NCBI GenBank assembly: GCA_934098455.1
Contig: CAKOOU010000001.1
Coordinates: forward strand, 135,933-199,932
Source of the DNA: an uncultured Bacilli bacterium
Lineage (GTDB): Bacteria; Bacillota_I; Bacilli_A; RF39; UBA660
DNA: 64,000 nt
Direction of reading: 5' to 3'
Of the stretch, positions 18,563 through 27,980 are shown one piece after another. Each line of letters begins with the position of its first letter. The stretch's first letter is position 1. The position numbers were made by a program, and so were the translations under genes. The notes under the pieces were generated by a model, which worked only from the letters and a program-made list of their open reading frames with translations, was not told the origin of the DNA and made no database searches.

Positions 18563-19293
18563 TGGAAAAACCTGAGAGTATTACTACAAATGATTGGAAA
18601 CTCTTAAAAGCAAAGTATAAAAATCTAAACAAAGTAGTAAAAAAATTAAATAAAAATTATCCCGTACAATATTTAATCGGAAACGTAAATTTCTACGGAT
18701 ACAATATAAATGTAAATAAACATGTATTAATACCTCGTTTTGAAACAGAAACTCTAGTAGAGAAAACAATAGAATACATTAAAAAATTAAAATTAGAAAA
18801 TGGTTCTTTAATAGATTTAGGAACTGGTTCAGGATGTATTAGTATAGTATTAAAAAAGGAATTAGAATCTCTAAATATAACTGGGCTAGATATATCAAAC
18901 AAAGCATTAAAACTTGCTAGAAAAAATGCAAAAAATAATAAAGCAGATATAAATTTCATAAAAGAAAATATATTCAAATTTAAACCAGTAAACAAATATG
19001 ATATATTAATATCTAATCCACCTTATATAACAGAAGATGATGAAATATCTCCAAACATAAAATATGAACCTAAAAAAGCTATATTTACAAATGATGGATT
19101 AAAATATTATAGACATATCATGAGTACATGCTCTAATTATCTTAATAAAAAAAATCTTATAGCATTTGAAATAGGAGATAAACAAGGAAAAGATTTAAAA
19201 AAATTAGCAAAAGATTTCTTTCCTAAAGCAAAAATAAAATTAGAACGTGATTTATCTGGAAGAGATAGATACTTATTTATAATAAATGAATAA
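18562..19293 (+). CDS. prmC: Release factor glutamine N5-methyltransferase
   Basis: It has the SAM motif DLGTGSGCI and the NPPY motif (ISNPPYI), and immediately follows prfA. Confidence 0.9.
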   Translation: MEKPESITTNDWKLLKAKYKNLNKVVKKLNKNYPVQYLIGNVNFYGYNINVNKHVLIPRFETETLVEKTIEYIKKLKLENGSLIDLGTGSGCISIVLKKELESLNITGLDISNKALKLARKNAKNNKADINFIKENIFKFKPVNKYDILISNPPYITEDDEISPNIKYEPKKAIFTNDGLKYYRHIMSTCSNYLNKKNLIAFEIGDKQGKDLKKLAKDFFPKAKIKLERDLSGRDRYLFIINE

Positions 19294-19340
19294 AATAATA
19301 AAACACAGCCCATATAATTATTGAAAGGTTGTGTTTTTAA

Positions 19341-19853
19341 ATGAAAAAAGCATTAATTATAATATCAATAATAATAACAATATTAGTTTATAATAAAGAA
19401 TATGATAAAATATTAATTCCAGAAAATTCTATAAGAATAAGAGTAATAGCAAATAGTAATAATATAGAAGACCAAGTACTAAAATTAAAAGTAAAAGAAA
19501 AAGTAGAATCTAAATTATATGAAAAATTAGATAATACTAAAGACATAAATATAGCAAGAAAAAAAATAAAATCTACTTTACCAGAAATAGATAACATAGT
19601 TAGTACAACAACTAATTCTAATAATTACAATATAAAATATGGAAATAATTATTTTCCACAAAAAGAATTAAATGGAATAAATTACAAAGAAGGAAATTAT
19701 GAATCATTAGTAATAAATTTAGGTGAAGGAAAAGGGAATAATTGGTGGTGTGTATTATTTCCGCCATTATGTATGATAGATACAAAAGAAAATAATATAG
19801 ACAAAGTAGAATACAAATCCAAAGTTTTAGAAATATTAAACGACTATAAATAA
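19341..19853 (+). CDS. spoIIR: Stage II sporulation protein R
   Basis: It has an N-terminal signal/TM segment, IRIRVIANSNNIEDQVLKLKVKEKV, and a C-terminal NWWCVLFPPLCM. These are typical SpoIIR blocks. Confidence 0.8.
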   Translation: MKKALIIISIIITILVYNKEYDKILIPENSIRIRVIANSNNIEDQVLKLKVKEKVESKLYEKLDNTKDINIARKKIKSTLPEIDNIVSTTTNSNNYNIKYGNNYFPQKELNGINYKEGNYESLVINLGEGKGNNWWCVLFPPLCMIDTKENNIDKVEYKSKVLEILNDYK

Positions 19854-19880
19854 TAATATTTAGTATGGAGGCATTAAAAT

Positions 19881-20423
19881 ATGAAACAATTGCTATTATT
19901 ATTAATTATAGGAGTATCATTAAGCGTAGATGCATTTAGTGTATCAACAGTAATAGGATTAACAAATCCATCTGTAAAAAAATGTACTATAACTAGTATA
20001 GCAGTAGGTATATTTCACTTTTTTATGCCATTATTAGGTGTATTTTTATCAAATATTATAAATAATATAGTTAACATAAACACAGATATATTATTAGGTT
20101 TAATACTACTTCTAATATCATTACAAATGTTTATAGAATATATAAAACCATCAGAAAAAGAAATATCTCTAACAAAAACAGGAATATTTCTTTTTGCCTT
20201 TGGAGTATCATTAGATAGTTTTAGTATAGGGTTAGGCTTAAGAGCGATAACAAATAATTTAATATTATCAAGTACAATATTTATGATATGTAGTTTTTCA
20301 TTTACATTCTTAGGATTAACTTTAGGAAAATACATCAATAAAATATTAAAAACATATTCTTATCTCTTAGGAACTATATTACTTTTTATATTAGGATTAT
20401 GCTTTTTATGTAAAGGTTTATAA
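19881..20423 (+). CDS. mntP: Manganese efflux pump MntP family
   Basis: It has six predicted TM segments and repeated DxFS motifs (SVDAFSVS, SLDSFSIG). Confidence 0.8.
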   Translation: MKQLLLLLIIGVSLSVDAFSVSTVIGLTNPSVKKCTITSIAVGIFHFFMPLLGVFLSNIINNIVNINTDILLGLILLLISLQMFIEYIKPSEKEISLTKTGIFLFAFGVSLDSFSIGLGLRAITNNLILSSTIFMICSFSFTFLGLTLGKYINKILKTYSYLLGTILLFILGLCFLCKGL

Positions 20424-20470
20424 ATAATATTTGATAATATTTAATTTATAAACTATAATTTAATTAGAAA

Positions 20471-20496
20471 TGTGGAAATGTATCTATTTATCCACA
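20471..20496. promoter_or_regulatory. Convergent pair of DnaA boxes upstream of murA
   Basis: TGTGGAAAT (20471-20479, the reverse complement of ATTTCCACA) and TTATCCACA (20488-20496) are the same two box sequences that sit side by side in oriC. Confidence 0.4.
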
Positions 20497-20516
20497 TTAA
20501 CTTAGGAGTTGATAGT

Positions 20517-21770
20517 TTGAAAAAATTAATTATAAACGGAGGTAATTTACTTACAGGAACAATAAAAATTGGCGGTGCAAAAAATAGTGTAGTTGCATTA
20601 TTACCAGCAGCAGTACTTACTAATAGTATTTGTAAAATATATAATGTACCAAATATTAGCGACGTACATAAAATTATTGAAATGTTAGAACTTTTAGGTT
20701 CTAAAGTTGAATATACTGGCGATGAAATTACAATAGATAATAAAAATGTTAAAAATACGGAAATAACTAAAGAATATGCTTCAACAATACGTGCATCATA
20801 TTATTTTATGGGAGCATTATTAAGTAAATATGGAGAAGCAAAAATATCTTATCCAGGAGGATGCGTTATAGGTTCACGTCCAATAGATTTACACATAGCA
20901 GCATTTGAAAAAATGGGAGCAACTGTAGAAATAGATGACACTACATATACTTTAAAAGCAAAAAATCTACATGGTGCAGATATATACTTAGATTTTGCTA
21001 GCGTTGGTGCTACTGTAAATATTATGTTAGCAGCAGTACTTGCAAAAGGTACAACACATATTTGGAATGCTGCAAAAGAGCCAGAAATAGTAAATGTTGC
21101 ATCATTCTTAAATTCAATGGGAGCACGTATCTCTGGAGTAGGTACTAGTTCAATAACTATAGAAGGTGTAGAAGAATTAAATAACGGAATTGTAGAAGTT
21201 ATACCAGATAGAATAGAAACAGGAACTTATTTAATGATAGGAATATTATTAGGTAAAGATTTAATAATAGATGGAGTAATTAAAGAACATTTAGAATCTG
21301 TTATAACAAAATTAAGAGAAACTGGAGCACAATTTACTATAAAAGATTCAAAGATATATGTTAGTCGTACAGAAAATTTAAAAGCAGTAAATGTAAAAAC
21401 ATTAGTTTACCCAGGCTTTCCAACTGACTTAGGACAACCAATGTCAACATTACTAACACAATGTGAAGGTGAGTCATTATTTGAAGAAACAATTTATGAA
21501 AATAGAATGAGACACATTAAACACTTAAACGCAATGGGAGCAAGTATAAGACAATTTGAAAAAACAGCAATTATAAAAGGAAAAACACCATTAGTAGGAA
21601 GAAAAGTAGTTGCAACAGATTTAAGAGCAGGTGCCTCAATGATGGTAGCAGGAATGATTGCAAAAGGAACAACAACAATAACAAATATAGAACATATTTT
21701 AAGAGGATATGAAAATATAGTAGATAAATTATCAAATGTTGGAGCAGACATAAAACTAATAGATGAATAG
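20517..21770 (+). CDS. murA: UDP-N-acetylglucosamine 1-carboxyvinyltransferase
   Basis: It reads LKKLIINGGNLLTGTIKIGGAKNS and has the active-site region GGCVIGSRPIDLH. A TTG start at 20517 lies 7 nt after AGGAG, so the ORF-track upstream extension was rejected. Confidence 0.92.
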   Translation: MKKLIINGGNLLTGTIKIGGAKNSVVALLPAAVLTNSICKIYNVPNISDVHKIIEMLELLGSKVEYTGDEITIDNKNVKNTEITKEYASTIRASYYFMGALLSKYGEAKISYPGGCVIGSRPIDLHIAAFEKMGATVEIDDTTYTLKAKNLHGADIYLDFASVGATVNIMLAAVLAKGTTHIWNAAKEPEIVNVASFLNSMGARISGVGTSSITIEGVEELNNGIVEVIPDRIETGTYLMIGILLGKDLIIDGVIKEHLESVITKLRETGAQFTIKDSKIYVSRTENLKAVNVKTLVYPGFPTDLGQPMSTLLTQCEGESLFEETIYENRMRHIKHLNAMGASIRQFEKTAIIKGKTPLVGRKVVATDLRAGASMMVAGMIAKGTTTITNIEHILRGYENIVDKLSNVGADIKLIDE

Positions 21771-21857
21771 TATCATAACCGATACTTTTTCTTTACTAAC
21801 ATAAAAAAACGTACAAAATGTACGAAAAACACACTTAATAAGAAAAGGAGAAAAATA

Positions 21858-22187
21858 ATGGAACAAATATATAATAAATTAGTAAGAGATAAAATTCCAG
21901 AAATAATAAAAAATAATAATGAAGAACCTATCACTAGAATATTAAATGACATAGATTATAAAAAAGAACTTGAAAATAAATTATATGAAGAATATCAAGA
22001 AGTATTAGAAGCAACAGGTAAAGATAGATTAGAAGAATTAGCAGATATGCTAGAAATAATATCTTCTTTAGCAAAATTAGAAAATAGTACATTAAATAAT
22101 GTTATAGAAATAGCAAATAAAAAAGTATTAAAAAGAGGTTCGTTCGAAAATAAAATATTTTTAGAAAAGGTAATAAAAAAAGATTAG
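21858..22187 (+). CDS. MazG-like nucleoside triphosphate pyrophosphohydrolase (small all-alpha type)
   Basis: YNKLVRDKIPEIIKNN...EYQEVLEA...EELADMLEII matches the short MazG/PRA-PH-like family pattern as remembered. Confidence 0.6.
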   Translation: MEQIYNKLVRDKIPEIIKNNNEEPITRILNDIDYKKELENKLYEEYQEVLEATGKDRLEELADMLEIISSLAKLENSTLNNVIEIANKKVLKRGSFENKIFLEKVIKKD

Positions 22188-22188
22188 T

Positions 22189-22365
22189 ATGGAAATAGAT
22201 ATAGAAAAACTAAGACAATATTTAATAAATTATTATGGTACAGCAATGATAAATTCATTTCCAACAGCAATGATGGATTTATCAGAAGTAGAAAATGCTA
22301 GCAACGAAAAAGTACTTTCATTAGCATTAAAAAACAACATAAACTTAAATAATTTTACAAAATAA
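22189..22365 (+). CDS. Hypothetical 58-aa protein
   Basis: The ORF is MEIDIEKLRQYLINYYGTAMINSFPTAMMDLSEVENASNEKVLSLALKNNINLNNFTK. It starts 1 nt after the preceding stop, so it could be translationally coupled. It is below the size cutoff of the ORF track. Confidence 0.4.
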   Translation: MEIDIEKLRQYLINYYGTAMINSFPTAMMDLSEVENASNEKVLSLALKNNINLNNFTK

Positions 22366-22464
22366 CAAAATTCATACTTGCAATATATATTAAATATGTT
22401 ATACTATACAAGTAATTAAATTTCTATAACTACTAAGTAGTTATGGCGGAAGGAGATAATGTTT

Positions 22465-22677
22465 ATGAAGAAAGGAATACATCCAGAACAAAAATCAGTT
22501 AAATTTGTTTGTCATTGTGGTAATACATTTGAAGCAATGTCTACTATAGACAAAGATACATATAATGTAGAAGTATGTAGTGCTTGTCATCCACAATATA
22601 CTGGAAAAGCTAGTAGTGCTAAGAGAAGTACTAAGATAGAAAAATTCAACAGTAAATATAATAGAGAAAGTAAATAG
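22465..22677 (+). CDS. rpmE: 50S ribosomal protein L31
   Basis: It reads MKKGIHPEQKSVKFVCHCGNTFEAMST...CSACHPQYTG and has AGGAG 9 nt upstream of ATG 22465. A TTGCAA-N17-TATACT promoter lies upstream. Confidence 0.9.
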   Translation: MKKGIHPEQKSVKFVCHCGNTFEAMSTIDKDTYNVEVCSACHPQYTGKASSAKRSTKIEKFNSKYNRESK

Positions 22678-22747
22678 GCTGTAAATTAGTCTATTTTTTT
22701 TACATAATTTTCACAAAAGTATGATAGTATTTAAATTGAGGGATACT

Positions 22748-23797
22748 ATGGGAAAGATAAAATATTTAACAAGACGTATATTTAGAATGAATTACAAAAA
22801 TTTCTTTAGTACTATAGATGATGTCCATAATAAAACAAATAAGAATAAATTAAATATATTTATTGATATAATAAACTGTGGTCTAAAATATGAAGCAGGC
22901 TATGTAGACTATAATTTATTTGAAATGTATAATATGAACAATAAAGAAAGAAAAACAATAATTACTAGAGGAATAAATAATAATATATTAAAAAAATATA
23001 ATGATAAAACTAAATCATATATATTTGAAGATAAAGCAATATTTAATAAATTATATAATGAATATTTAAATAGAGAATGGATATATTTAAATGACAACTA
23101 TAATGAATTTAAAAAATATCTAAAAAATAAAAAATATGTTATAGTAAAACCATTATCTTTATCATGTGGAAAAGGTGTAGAAAAAATAAAAGTATCTGAT
23201 TATGATACAAAAAAATTATATGAATATTTAATAGATACAAAAAGATATTTAGTAGAAGATGTAGCAGAACAACATAAAGTAATTAATGATATATATCCTA
23301 AATCTATAAATACTGTTAGAATTGTCACACTAAACAAAAAAGTAGTTGCTGCTTTCATTAGATTTGGAAACAAAGATAATATTGTAGATAATTTCAACCA
23401 CGATGGTATGGTGACAACAATTAATATAGAAAATGGTATAATTGAATATCCAGCTATAGATAAACACAAAAATATATTTTATAAACATCCAGAAACAAAC
23501 AAAGATATAGTAGGAGTAAAAATACCTTATTGGAATGAAGTAATTAAATTATGTCAAGAAGTATCTAACATAATACCAGAAATAGGATATGTTGGGTGGG
23601 ATGTATGTATAGGAAAAGAAAAACCATTTCTAATAGAAGGAAATGATTTTCCAGGACATGACTTATATCAATTGCCAGTTCACAGAAAAGATAATACAGG
23701 TTTACTACCTATATTTAAAAAAGTAATGGAGGAAAAAAATGAAAATAGTAATAGCAACAGATCACAATGGAGTAAAAGAAAAAGAAATAATTATTAA
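22748..23797 (+). CDS. ATP-grasp family protein (sugar-transfer-associated ATP-grasp type)
   Basis: NIFIDIINCGLKYEAGYVDYNLFEMYNMNNKERKTIITRG and the later ATP-grasp-like blocks match the remembered ATPgrasp_ST pattern. The start was set at MGKIKYL. The 3' 59 nt overlap rpiB. Confidence 0.65.
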   Translation: MGKIKYLTRRIFRMNYKNFFSTIDDVHNKTNKNKLNIFIDIINCGLKYEAGYVDYNLFEMYNMNNKERKTIITRGINNNILKKYNDKTKSYIFEDKAIFNKLYNEYLNREWIYLNDNYNEFKKYLKNKKYVIVKPLSLSCGKGVEKIKVSDYDTKKLYEYLIDTKRYLVEDVAEQHKVINDIYPKSINTVRIVTLNKKVVAAFIRFGNKDNIVDNFNHDGMVTTINIENGIIEYPAIDKHKNIFYKHPETNKDIVGVKIPYWNEVIKLCQEVSNIIPEIGYVGWDVCIGKEKPFLIEGNDFPGHDLYQLPVHRKDNTGLLPIFKKVMEEKNENSNSNRSQWSKRKRNNY

Positions 23798-24179
23798 TAG
23801 TTTAAAAGATAATTATGAAATAATAGACAAGAGTACACATAATACACCAATAGATGATTATCCTTTATACGCTTTTTCAGTAGGAGAATACGTAAGAGAT
23901 AACGTAGATTCTATTGGAATACTATTATGTGGTACAGGTATTGGAATGTCTATAGCAGCAAATAAAGTAAAAGGAATTCGTTGTGCTCACGTATCACATT
24001 TAACAGAAGCAAAATTAGCAAGAATGCATAACAACGCAAACATAATTGCAATGAGTTATAAAAATGATATAAATGATATACTTGAATGGATAAATGCATT
24101 TATAACAACAGATTTTGCCAATGAAGAAAGACATATTAGAAGAGTAGAACAAATAAAAGAATACGAAAGAAGAAATTAA
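23739..24179 (+). CDS. rpiB: Ribose-5-phosphate isomerase B
   Basis: It reads MKIVIATDHNGVKEKE...LLCGTGIGMSIAANKVKGIRCA. Confidence 0.9.
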   Translation: MKIVIATDHNGVKEKEIIINSLKDNYEIIDKSTHNTPIDDYPLYAFSVGEYVRDNVDSIGILLCGTGIGMSIAANKVKGIRCAHVSHLTEAKLARMHNNANIIAMSYKNDINDILEWINAFITTDFANEERHIRRVEQIKEYERRN

Positions 24180-24181
24180 TT

Positions 24182-24379
24182 ATGAATGTAAAAGTATATT
24201 TATATATAATTACAACTTTACTTTCTGCTTACACACTAACTGGAATTAATTTTAATAAGTTTTGGAACTCTAAAAAAAGTATAGAAGCCAAGATATTTAT
24301 TATATTACTTAGTTTAATAATGTCCTATTTATTAACTAATTTTATAGTAGACTTCCTATCTTCTTCTAAAATATTATGA
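24182..24379 (+). CDS. Small two-TM membrane protein (DUF1146/YwzB-like by context)
   Basis: It is 65 aa with two hydrophobic helices. It lies in the murA/spoIID neighbourhood, as ywzB does in Bacillus (from memory). Confidence 0.5.
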   Translation: MNVKVYLYIITTLLSAYTLTGINFNKFWNSKKSIEAKIFIILLSLIMSYLLTNFIVDFLSSSKIL

Positions 24380-25344
24380 AAAAAAATTTATTGTTATATA
24401 TAGTAGTACTAATATTAATTCCAGTATTTGTAGTAAGTATAATATATAAATCACTTAGTGTAGATATTGATAATAATGAAACAGAAATAACAACTGTTAT
24501 TACAAAACAAACTACTAAAAAACAAACTAAAGAAACAACATCAAAAATAGAAGAACCAAATATAAAAATAAAAATTAATAAAAATAATGAAATAAAAGAA
24601 TTAAATTTAGAAGATTATATTGTAGGAGTAGTAGCAGGTGAAATGCCAGCATCTTTTGATATAGAAGCATTAAAAGCACAAGCAATAGCATCACGTACTT
24701 ATGCACTTTATAAAATAGAAAATACAAATTCTGCTTTAGAAACAACTACAGACGACCAAGTATATAACTCAATAGATGAAATGAAAACAAAGTGGCAAGA
24801 CGATTATACAAAATATTATAATAAAATACTAAATGCTGTAAATTCAACAAAAAATCTAGTAATGAAAAAAGATAATAAAGTATTTAAATCATTTTATTTT
24901 GCAATGTCAAATGGATATACAGAAGATTCTATCGCTGTATTTAGTGAAAATAATATAAAAAGTGTTTCATCACCATGGGATAATGAATCACTTAATAAGT
25001 TTAAAGTATCAACAACTTATTCTATCGATAAATTAAAAGAATTATTAAATCAAAATAATATAGATAACATAGAAATATTATCAAGAGATAAAACAAACAG
25101 AGTAGAAAAAATTAAAGTAAATGAAAAAACATACACAGGAATAGAATTCAGAAAACTACTTACATTACGTTCTACTGACTTTACAATAGAAAAAGACAAT
25201 AATAATTATATTATAACAACAAAAGGATACGGCCATGGAGTAGGTATGAGTCAATATGGTGCTAATGGAATGGCTAAAGAAAATTATAAATATGATGAAA
25301 TATTAAAATATTATTATCAAGATATAGAAATTACAAAAATATAG
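24376..25344 (+). CDS. spoIID: Stage II sporulation protein D (SpoIID/LytB lytic transglycosylase)
   Basis: It has AQAIASRTYAL and a C-terminal GYGHGVGMSQYGANGMA, plus an N-terminal TM segment. Confidence 0.85.
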   Translation: MKKNLLLYIVVLILIPVFVVSIIYKSLSVDIDNNETEITTVITKQTTKKQTKETTSKIEEPNIKIKINKNNEIKELNLEDYIVGVVAGEMPASFDIEALKAQAIASRTYALYKIENTNSALETTTDDQVYNSIDEMKTKWQDDYTKYYNKILNAVNSTKNLVMKKDNKVFKSFYFAMSNGYTEDSIAVFSENNIKSVSSPWDNESLNKFKVSTTYSIDKLKELLNQNNIDNIEILSRDKTNRVEKIKVNEKTYTGIEFRKLLTLRSTDFTIEKDNNNYIITTKGYGHGVGMSQYGANGMAKENYKYDEILKYYYQDIEITKI

Positions 25345-25390
25345 TATAATTTCTTTTTTTTTGCCCATAATCTTACTAGGAAGGTGAAAC

Positions 25391-26032
25391 ATGAAAACAA
25401 GATTAAAATTAAAAAGATGGGCTACAGCTACAATTTATCTATCATTAATATTAATAGTATTCGTAAGTATGGTATTTATTAGCAACAAATTAGATAATTA
25501 TTATGGAGATTCTTTAAACTTATCTTACATATTAAAAGATTTTATTGATAATGATACACCAGTTGCAAATATAAAAAATGAATCTATAACAAAACCATTT
25601 GATAAAGAAAATATTACAACAGATATAGATTTCTATGATAAAGACACAGATGAAGATTCTCAACAAAAGTCTCTAATTTTATATGAAAATACTTATATGC
25701 CAAATACAGGAATACTATATACTAGTGAAGAACAATTTGATGTACTATCTACACTTGATGGTAAAATAACTAAAATATCAAAAGATGAATTACTAGGAAA
25801 TGTAGTTGAAATAACACATTCTAATACTTTAACAACAACATATTATAGTATAGATAATGTAAAAGTAAAAGAAAATCAAACTATAAAACAAGGCGAAGTA
25901 ATAGGTACTAGTGGTAAAAATAATATATCATCAACTAGTGATAATATGATGTTATTTGAAGTTAGTTTAAATGGTAATAATATAGACCCAGAAAACTATT
26001 ACCAAATGAAATTAGAAGACTTAAATAACTAA
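25391..26032 (+). CDS. Membrane-anchored degenerate LytM/M23-domain protein (SpoIIQ-like by context)
   Basis: It has an N-terminal TM segment and a C-terminal M23-like fold (GNVVEITHSNTLTTTYYSIDNVKVKENQTIKQGEVIG...MLFEV). I could not find the HxxxD and HxH metal ligands. Confidence 0.55.
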   Translation: MKTRLKLKRWATATIYLSLILIVFVSMVFISNKLDNYYGDSLNLSYILKDFIDNDTPVANIKNESITKPFDKENITTDIDFYDKDTDEDSQQKSLILYENTYMPNTGILYTSEEQFDVLSTLDGKITKISKDELLGNVVEITHSNTLTTTYYSIDNVKVKENQTIKQGEVIGTSGKNNISSTSDNMMLFEVSLNGNNIDPENYYQMKLEDLNN

Positions 26033-26053
26033 GTCTTTTTAACTAGGATTTAT

Positions 26054-26590
26054 ATGAATAATAAAATATATATAAAAATATTAGATAATGAAATATGGAT
26101 ATCTAAAAACAATAAATTATATAAAGAAAAAACAAATACTATACTAGAAAATAACTTCATAACTAATTACAAAGTACTAGAAACAAATTTAAAACAAATA
26201 ATAAATAAATATAAACTAACAAATCTTATTATTCAAAACAAAATATATATAATTATAAATAAATTATATTGTGAAACAAATCTATTTATATTAAAAACAA
26301 TAATGTATAATCTTGGTTTATCAAACTATAAATTATTATATGAAGAAGATTTATACAAAGATATTTACCCAAACATATTATCTATTTGGAAAATAAATGG
26401 TATATACATATATAATAATGTTGAAAACTATATAGATATTAACAATAAAAATGATATAAAAAAAATAAGTACAAATACTTTACTTATAACTTCTAATAAA
26501 GATATATTAAATATTTTAAAAAAAGATTTAATTCTATATGAAAATGATACTAATCCAATATTCGATATGATAAACGATATTGATGATTAG
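26054..26590 (+). CDS. Hypothetical protein
   Basis: This is a long ORF in the co-directional gene string. No recognisable motif was found. Confidence 0.45.
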   Translation: MNNKIYIKILDNEIWISKNNKLYKEKTNTILENNFITNYKVLETNLKQIINKYKLTNLIIQNKIYIIINKLYCETNLFILKTIMYNLGLSNYKLLYEEDLYKDIYPNILSIWKINGIYIYNNVENYIDINNKNDIKKISTNTLLITSNKDILNILKKDLILYENDTNPIFDMINDIDD

Positions 26591-26724
26591 TTTTTTTTTA
26601 TGAAAAGTTTTGGCAAGTTTTGTCGAAACACTTTATTTATATTTAAAACTATTGTAGTATATCTAATCGAATATTCAAGTTCTTAGTGTCTACCTACAGC
26701 TTATTAAGGAGGTAGGTTGATTAT

Positions 26725-26817
26725 ATGACAAACAAATCATTTATTTTAAAAATATTTGATAAATTCATAATAATAATCAAATTGGTTATTTTATCTAAAA
26801 TACTCTTCAGGGGGTAA
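26725..26817 (+). CDS. Type I toxin-like small hydrophobic peptide (30 aa), locus 2
   Basis: The ORF is MTNKSFILKIFDKFIIIIKLVILSKILFRG after AAGGAGG. The 5' arms GAATATTCAA (26669-26678) and GTGTCTACCT (26686-26695) pair with the 3' UTR segments TTGAATGTTC (26920-26929) and AGGTAGACAT (26902-26911). Confidence 0.5.
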   Translation: MTNKSFILKIFDKFIIIIKLVILSKILFRG

Positions 26818-26860
26818 TTGGTTAAATATTAATTAGACACTAGTATTTTAATTATGGTTC

Positions 26861-26932
26861 AAAAAAAGAACACGTAATTAATACGTGTGTCTAACCCAAA
26901 CAGGTAGACATTCAGCAATTTGAATGTTCCCT
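26861..26932 (-). ncRNA. Candidate antitoxin sRNA antisense to the 3' UTR of locus 2
   Basis: On the minus strand, TTGACA (26966-26961) is separated by N16 from TATAAT (26944-26939). The terminator stem ACACGTA/TACGTGT is followed by T7 (plus-strand A-run 26861-26867). The ends are predicted. Confidence 0.5.
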
Positions 26933-27106
26933 AATAAAATTATAACACAAGTAATATTTGTGTCAACATATATAAAATAATTATTTTAAAATACGTACTA
27001 TAAGCACGGAAAAATTTTGTAATTTACACAAAGCAATGTAAATATATTATTAACGATATACAATTACAAGTAAATATAATATAATTATCGTAGGAGAGTG
27101 AAAGAA

Positions 27107-27886
27107 ATGGAAGAAACTAAAAAAAGTTCAAAAGGTTTAATATTACTAATAATTGTTTTAATTGTATCTGTATTAGGTTTAGGAGGATATATAGTATATG
27201 ATAAAGTTTTAAATAAAAATAAACAAACAACAAGTACAAATAATAATAATACATCTTCAACAAATAAAAAAGAAGAAAATACAAATTTAGACAATAGCGA
27301 TAAAAATAGCATTTTAGAAACATATATACTAGAAAATATTGATTTAGAAAGTAGTTATGAAGTATTAAATAATGAAGAGTATAAAGCGTTAGTAAAAAAA
27401 TATGAAGACAACGCAAATAATATTATTGAGAATGAAAATGAAGTTGCAATAAATAATACTATTAGTACAGAAATAAATTGGAAAGAAGTTTCAAAATATG
27501 TAGACAATAATTCACTAATTAGCAGAATGACAGAAAATAGTAGATTAAAAAGTGTTAAATACGATGATTTATTGAAAACAAAAAAACAATTATATGGAGA
27601 AAACTCAATTTTAGAAAAGCAAAATTTTAGTTACGGAAATTGTAGTGAATACATATATATAGAAAAATTAAATATATATATTGAAAATAATGAGGGATGT
27701 GGATTGAATACTAGCGAAGAACCCATTATAAAAAAAATAATAAAACAAAATAATATACTATTCGTTTTTGTAAATACATATAATTATACAGATTTTGAGA
27801 GTCCAATTTATTCTCAAGATGTAGTTATGGAATTTAGAGAACAAAGTTCTGGATACTATTTATATAAATTAACAAAACTAAATTAA
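27107..27886 (+). CDS. N-terminally membrane-anchored extracytoplasmic protein, paralogue 2 of 3
   Basis: It starts MEETKKSSKGLILLIIVLIVSVLGLGGYIVYDK. The start was set at ATG 27107, homologous to paralogue 1, with the same AGGAGAGTGAAA RBS context. Confidence 0.8.
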   Translation: MEETKKSSKGLILLIIVLIVSVLGLGGYIVYDKVLNKNKQTTSTNNNNTSSTNKKEENTNLDNSDKNSILETYILENIDLESSYEVLNNEEYKALVKKYEDNANNIIENENEVAINNTISTEINWKEVSKYVDNNSLISRMTENSRLKSVKYDDLLKTKKQLYGENSILEKQNFSYGNCSEYIYIEKLNIYIENNEGCGLNTSEEPIIKKIIKQNNILFVFVNTYNYTDFESPIYSQDVVMEFREQSSGYYLYKLTKLN

Positions 27887-27980
27887 AAACAAACACTTAA
27901 CTTACTACACAATTAGTAAGTTTTTATTTGAGTTTAAATTAATATAATATTATAATGTATATAGAAAGAATGTGATATAA

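Noticed and set aside
19854-19880. Possible yybP-ykoY manganese riboswitch upstream of mntP
   Set aside because: The intergenic space is only 27 nt, far too short for the riboswitch.
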